This document shows, piece after piece, positions 38,492 to 43,654 of a stretch of DNA of 43,654 nucleotides. The notes beneath the pieces are model-generated. The model saw only the letters and a program-made list of their open reading frames with translations, was not told where the DNA came from and did not search any database. Numbering within the stretch: position 1 is the first letter of the stretch; each line of letters opens with the position of its first letter. The stretch comes from Francisella sp. (GTDB lineage Bacteria > Pseudomonadota > Gammaproteobacteria > Francisellales > Francisellaceae): the NCBI GenBank assembly GCA_047609165.1, contig JBLFYO010000001.1, forward strand, positions 1-43,654, in the 5' to 3' direction. Position numbers and translations under genes: made by a program.

Positions 38492-38625
38492 TATTCATTC
38501 AAATAAAAAATCTTTTATTTCTCTTATAGAAAACTAACCTCTTATCTCTTATAATTACATCAAACTTAATGTCTTCACTACTAGTGAATGATATAACAGA
38601 AATCACTACAAGAGAGATTAGTCCG

Positions 38626-39362
<737 letters not shown>

Positions 39363-39521
39363 TAACTAAGTTCAGTTGGACTGATTTATATTTTTGTATT
39401 GAAAAAACTTGAAAGTTTTGTTTAAGTGATATATTGTAATGATAAATGTTTTGGTCACTAATTGCTGAATCTTATAATTACACGAACTAATTTCATAAAA
39501 AAGTAAAGGAAAATTATTAAA

Positions 39522-40736
39522 ATGAAACTAAAAAATATTGTTGTTGCTACATCTGTACTATTGGGTACTTTTACAGCTTCATTTGCAGCTGATGCTGTAG
39601 ATGCAGATACTACTAATGTAAATGCTGATACAGTAGCTATAACTCAAGAAAGTTCTGCACCAGTAGATACTAACTTAGATTCAAATTATTTCCTTACTCC
39701 TTTTGCTAGCACTTGGAGTTCGGTTACAAATAGTGACAACACTTGGGGTCCTCAAGATAGAACTGGTCAATGGTACTTAGGTATTGGAGTTAGTGGTTTT
39801 GCTGATTATTTAAATTCTAAAGGTTCTAACTCTGGTTGGAATGGTATTGTTGGTTACAATATAAATAAATATTTTGCTGTTCAATATAATCAGTTTGCTA
39901 CATATAATGGTATGTTTGGTGGTTTAGCAGAGGGTGTTATTAATCTTTCTAACGATACTATGTATACTCCTTATGCTGTCGGTGGTGCAGGTTGGGCAAA
40001 TCTTGCTGGTCAAGCTACAGGTGCTTGGGATGTGGGTGGTGGTCTTAAGTTTGAACTATCTCGCCATGTACAAGCTAGTGTCGATTATAGATATATTCAA
40101 ACAATGGCTCCTAATCCAACGGCAGGTCTAGGTCAGCAAGAAAATGCAAGAGCAGGTACTAATATGATTGGTGCTGGTCTTACTTGGTTCTTTGGTGGTG
40201 ATGATGCAAATACTTCAACTGCTAATATTCAGGATAGTGGAGCTACAACGGCTGCTGAAACTCAATCAACTGTTGACGAAGCTAAGTATGTTTTGCCAAA
40301 AGGCATACAGCAATGTGAAGGAAACTATAACCTAACTAAAGATGGTGTAGCTTGCTATACTGTAGATGGTGATGATGTTACTGTTTATTTAGATACTAAA
40401 TTTGCTTACAATAATATAGATTTGAATTCTAAAGGTAAAGATGCGATAGCTTCTTTTGTAAACTTTGTAAAAGATAGCGATATAGAATCTGTTACAGTAA
40501 AAGGTTATGCTTCTCAAGGTCAAACCGGTGATGAATTTGAAGTTTATAATCAAAATCTTTCTAAAAAAAGAGCTGAATCAGTAGCTGCTTATATGCAACA
40601 CTTAGGTGTTGATGCGGATAAGATTGATACTAAAGGTTTTGGCTATTATGAAAACCTTGAAGGTGTAGCTGCTAACGACACTGCTAATCAGCGTGTACAA
40701 GCAAGTGCTTCTGCTCCTTTAAAAGAAGAGAAATAA
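39522..40736 (+). CDS. fopA: OmpA-family outer membrane protein FopA
   Basis: Signal peptide, beta-barrel region (WGPQDRTGQWYLG, GAGLTWFFG) and a C-terminal OmpA domain (GYAS...YNQNLSKKRA...NQRV); resembles Francisella FopA. Confidence 0.9.
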   Translation: MKLKNIVVATSVLLGTFTASFAADAVDADTTNVNADTVAITQESSAPVDTNLDSNYFLTPFASTWSSVTNSDNTWGPQDRTGQWYLGIGVSGFADYLNSKGSNSGWNGIVGYNINKYFAVQYNQFATYNGMFGGLAEGVINLSNDTMYTPYAVGGAGWANLAGQATGAWDVGGGLKFELSRHVQASVDYRYIQTMAPNPTAGLGQQENARAGTNMIGAGLTWFFGGDDANTSTANIQDSGATTAAETQSTVDEAKYVLPKGIQQCEGNYNLTKDGVACYTVDGDDVTVYLDTKFAYNNIDLNSKGKDAIASFVNFVKDSDIESVTVKGYASQGQTGDEFEVYNQNLSKKRAESVAAYMQHLGVDADKIDTKGFGYYENLEGVAANDTANQRVQASASAPLKEEK

Positions 40737-40896
40737 CCTCCTTTTAAACTTTTTTCTATATTCCATATATATTCCTAAATAAACTCATTTAAAAATACTT
40801 AGATATAATTTAGGTATTTTCAACTAGTTTGAGTATGAAAAAATATAAGCTTATTGTATAATTTCATTATTCGAACGATAATTTTTTTATAACTAA

Positions 40897-42300
40897 ATGA
40901 CAAATCATTATTCTAATAAAAAACTCTTTAATTCATCAGAGCTAATAGGACAAACTGTAACTATAAAAGGATGGATTCGTAGCCGAAGAGATTCTAAGGC
41001 AGGATTTTCTTTTATAGCATTACATGATGGTTCAAGTTTTGATTCTATTCAAGCAATTATTCCAAATACTATAAGTAACTACAATAATGAAGTTTTAAAG
41101 CTAACAAAAGATTGCTCTATTTCTGTTACAGGTAAGCTAATTGCATCACAAGGTAAAGGACAAAAAGTAGAGGTTCAAGCTCAAACGGTAGAAGTGTATG
41201 GTTGGGTTGATAGTCCTGAAACATATCCGGTGTCATCTAAACGCCACACAATGGAGCATTTGCGTGAAGTAGCACATCTTCGAGCTAGGACAAATATCAT
41301 AGGAGCAATAGCAAGAGTTAGAAATCAATTGGCTAATGCAATTCATAATTTCTTGTGTGAAAAAGAATTTATCTGGGTGAATACCCCTATTTTAACTTCA
41401 AATGACTGTGAGGGTGCTGGCGAGCTTTTTAGAGTCTCTACGCTAGATAGCCTTAATCCTCCTTTGAATGAGCAAGGTAAAGTTGACTTTAAAAAAGATT
41501 TTTTTGGTAGTGAAACATTTCTAACTGTATCTGGTCAATTGAATGTAGAGAGTTATTGTTGTGCATTATCAAAAGTTTATACTTTTGGGCCTACTTTTCG
41601 TGCAGAAAATTCTAATACGAGCAGGCATTTAGCTGAGTTTTGGATGGTTGAGCCTGAGATAGCATTCGCTGATTTGAATGAGGATGCTGATTTAGCAGAA
41701 GAAATGTTAAAGTCAGTTATTCAAACAGTAGTAGAAAAATGTAGTGATGATTTAGACTTTTTTGATCAATTTATACAAAAAGGTCTGTTAGATAAGTTAC
41801 AGAGCGTTGTTGATAAAGGGTTTGTTCGAGTTCAATACACCGAAGCAGTTGAAATACTAAAGCAATCTGGACAACAATTTGAATACCCAGTTGAGTGGGG
41901 AGTAGATTTGCAATCTGAGCACGAACGATTCTTGTGTGAAAAATATTTTAATGCTCCAGTTGTTATTATGAACTATCCAAAGGATATAAAAGCATTCTAT
42001 ATGCGTCTTAATGATGATGGTAAGACTGTTGCGGCTATGGATGTTCTTGTACCTGGAATTGGTGAGATTATCGGCGGTAGCCAACGAGAAGAGCGTTTAG
42101 ATGTTTTAGATCAGCGTATAGCAGAAATGAATATCGATGCTAGTGGTCTGAGCTGGTATCGTGATTTACGCCGCTATGGATCTGTTCCTCACAGTGGTTT
42201 TGGATTAGGGTTTGAAAGATTGTTGGGTTATATTACAGGAGTGCCTAATATTCGTGAGCTTATACCTTTCCCTCGCACACCTGGTAATGCTAAGTTTTAG
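40897..42300 (+). CDS. asnS: Asparagine--tRNA ligase
   Basis: [44 protein letters not shown] and [12 protein letters not shown]. Confidence 0.97.
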   Translation: MTNHYSNKKLFNSSELIGQTVTIKGWIRSRRDSKAGFSFIALHDGSSFDSIQAIIPNTISNYNNEVLKLTKDCSISVTGKLIASQGKGQKVEVQAQTVEVYGWVDSPETYPVSSKRHTMEHLREVAHLRARTNIIGAIARVRNQLANAIHNFLCEKEFIWVNTPILTSNDCEGAGELFRVSTLDSLNPPLNEQGKVDFKKDFFGSETFLTVSGQLNVESYCCALSKVYTFGPTFRAENSNTSRHLAEFWMVEPEIAFADLNEDADLAEEMLKSVIQTVVEKCSDDLDFFDQFIQKGLLDKLQSVVDKGFVRVQYTEAVEILKQSGQQFEYPVEWGVDLQSEHERFLCEKYFNAPVVIMNYPKDIKAFYMRLNDDGKTVAAMDVLVPGIGEIIGGSQREERLDVLDQRIAEMNIDASGLSWYRDLRRYGSVPHSGFGLGFERLLGYITGVPNIRELIPFPRTPGNAKF

Positions 42301-42400
42301 GCTTTAGGCAACTGTTCTTTTTAAAACCACCCAAAAACACTATTACAAGAGTGCAGATGATTTAAAATATATCCATTTGAAATTAATTTTATAATCATGC

Positions 42401-42650
42401 ATGAATATTGCACATAATCTAGTTAAGATACTTAAGAGTAGAGCAAACAAACTAAATGGTTTTTAAAAAAGACAATTTATGGCTGAAGTCTCTAATGAGT
42501 TGGGCTTTGGAGGGCAAAGAGCCTATGAATAACAACTCGGATGGTGCCGAAATACAATTGGAAAAGGACAGCATGAGATAAAATCATCAGTTACATGTAT
42601 TGATTATTATGCTGGTGGAGGACGAAAGAAAGCTGAAGAAAAGAATCCCA
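42401..42650 (+). pseudogene. Decayed N-terminus of an ISAzo13-like transposase
   Basis: MNIAHNLVKILKSRANKLNGF*KRQFMAEVSNELGFGGQRAYE*QLGWCRNTIGKGQHEIKSSVTCIDYYAGGGRKKAEEKNP, with in-frame stops at 42464 and 42530. Confidence 0.7.
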
Positions 42651-42847
42651 TTCCATCACAAGAAACCAAATACTTACCTTAATAATATTGATAAACCTCT
42701 AGCTTTTTAGATCTTTGCACTTGAGCTATAACTTTATTGAATAACTTTCGCAATAACTTAGGATCCGCATCTATCGAGCTTTTCAAAGCACGATGATACT
42801 GTAGATAAAAGTCCCAAATACGATAAATGCTTAGATATTGGCAGCAT
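42648..42847 (-). pseudogene. Decayed, internally deleted ISNCY-like DDE transposase fragment
   Basis: MLPISKHLSYLGLLSTVSSCFEKL, then after a frameshift DPKLLRKLFNKVIAQVQRSKKLEVYQYY*GKYLVSCDG. This resembles the N-terminus and the first catalytic-Asp region (YLxxxDG) of this family. Confidence 0.6.
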
Positions 42848-43149
42848 AGGTAGAAAAATTTACGATCAAATATTTATAAAATACTTTAAAACCCTTTGTT
42901 TGAAAGCTTTTTGTTTCTTAGCGATAACTGCTGTCCGGAGTATTGTGCTTTGTAATATAGATATATATCTAAACATGTTTCAATGGCAATTTTATAGTAA
43001 ATCTCTTTTAAATTGGTTAATAAGAAAGTTCCATTCTTTGAAATCTAAAATATAATTTTCTGACAATTGACTAGTTATATTTGGTAGCCCCTCGATAGAG
43101 CGGGGTAATTTGAAATTAACAAATGATTATTATTTTATGTATCATAGAA

Positions 43150-43422
43150 GAATTATGTTTGGCGGGTTACGGATATGTCACAAACACCTTAACATAAAGC
43201 CTCTAATAATAGGAATACAAATCTAGTAGCTATTAATTTAAATGGTAACGGCTTTGATACATTAGAATTAATTTGTATCCTAGAGGAAATTCTCCTATAG
43301 TTGCTCATGACAGTGCTAAAAATGGTTATTTTGTGGATTTAGAATCTGACACGGAACCAGGTGTTGATTTCACATGCGTACCATTATCTTTATCTACAGA
43401 TGCACAGTGGGCAGGTAACTAA
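43150..43422 (+). pseudogene. Possible frameshifted remnant of an unknown protein
   Basis: Protein-like text switches from frame 2 (ASNNRNTNLVAINLNGNGFDT) to frame 1 (NLYPRGNSPIVAHDSAKNGYFVDLESDTEPGVDFTCVPLSLSTDAQWAGN*) near 43258. Confidence 0.3.
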
Positions 43423-43654
43423 TATCCTTCTGCTCCTATATTTTTTGCATATATATTTTAAAAACACTCTGTTTATCAAAATTCTCATACTCCCTCTAAT
43501 TTTCATAAATTATTTCAAGAGTTGTTATTTTTGGAGTATTTTTTATCAAAATCTAATAAGAATTAGGTAGTTTATAGAAAACTTGAAATAAAAAGTAAAA
43601 AGATGAAGAAAGGTGTTGCGTTATGAGAAAGTGATGTGTATTATATGTCTTCAC

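Noticed and set aside
43361-43570. 69-aa plus-strand ORF
   Set aside because: AT-rich codon noise with no motif, overlapping decayed sequence.

Overview
AT-rich chromosomal window from a Francisella-like (Francisellaceae) bacterium, judged by FopA, the split gcvP1/gcvP2 and the gene order. Most of it is housekeeping: ldc fragment, gcvTHP1P2, aroE, glyQ, murE, murF, potGHI, two POT transporters, serB-like HAD, multicopper oxidase, DUF475, alr, pheA, 5'-nucleotidase, sdaA, yajC-secDF, rpoH, aroA, rnhA, ansA, can, coaD, ferredoxin, fopA and asnS. On top of this are an IS630 that interrupts the lysine decarboxylase gene, decayed ISAzo13-like and ISNCY-like transposases at the right end, a restriction S-subunit remnant, and several families of palindromic REP/RPE/MITE-like repeats. 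Two observations stand out. (1) An unannotated 48-aa ORF (6576-6722, -) has a C-terminal N/Q-rich RHIM-like motif that is repeated at the N-terminus of the overlapping downstream 321-aa accessory protein, with the architecture of an amyloid-signalling, possibly anti-phage, gene pair. (2) Three separate palindromic-element insertions are translated in frame inside the essential murE gene. All family assignments come from motif recognition by eye; no database search was run.
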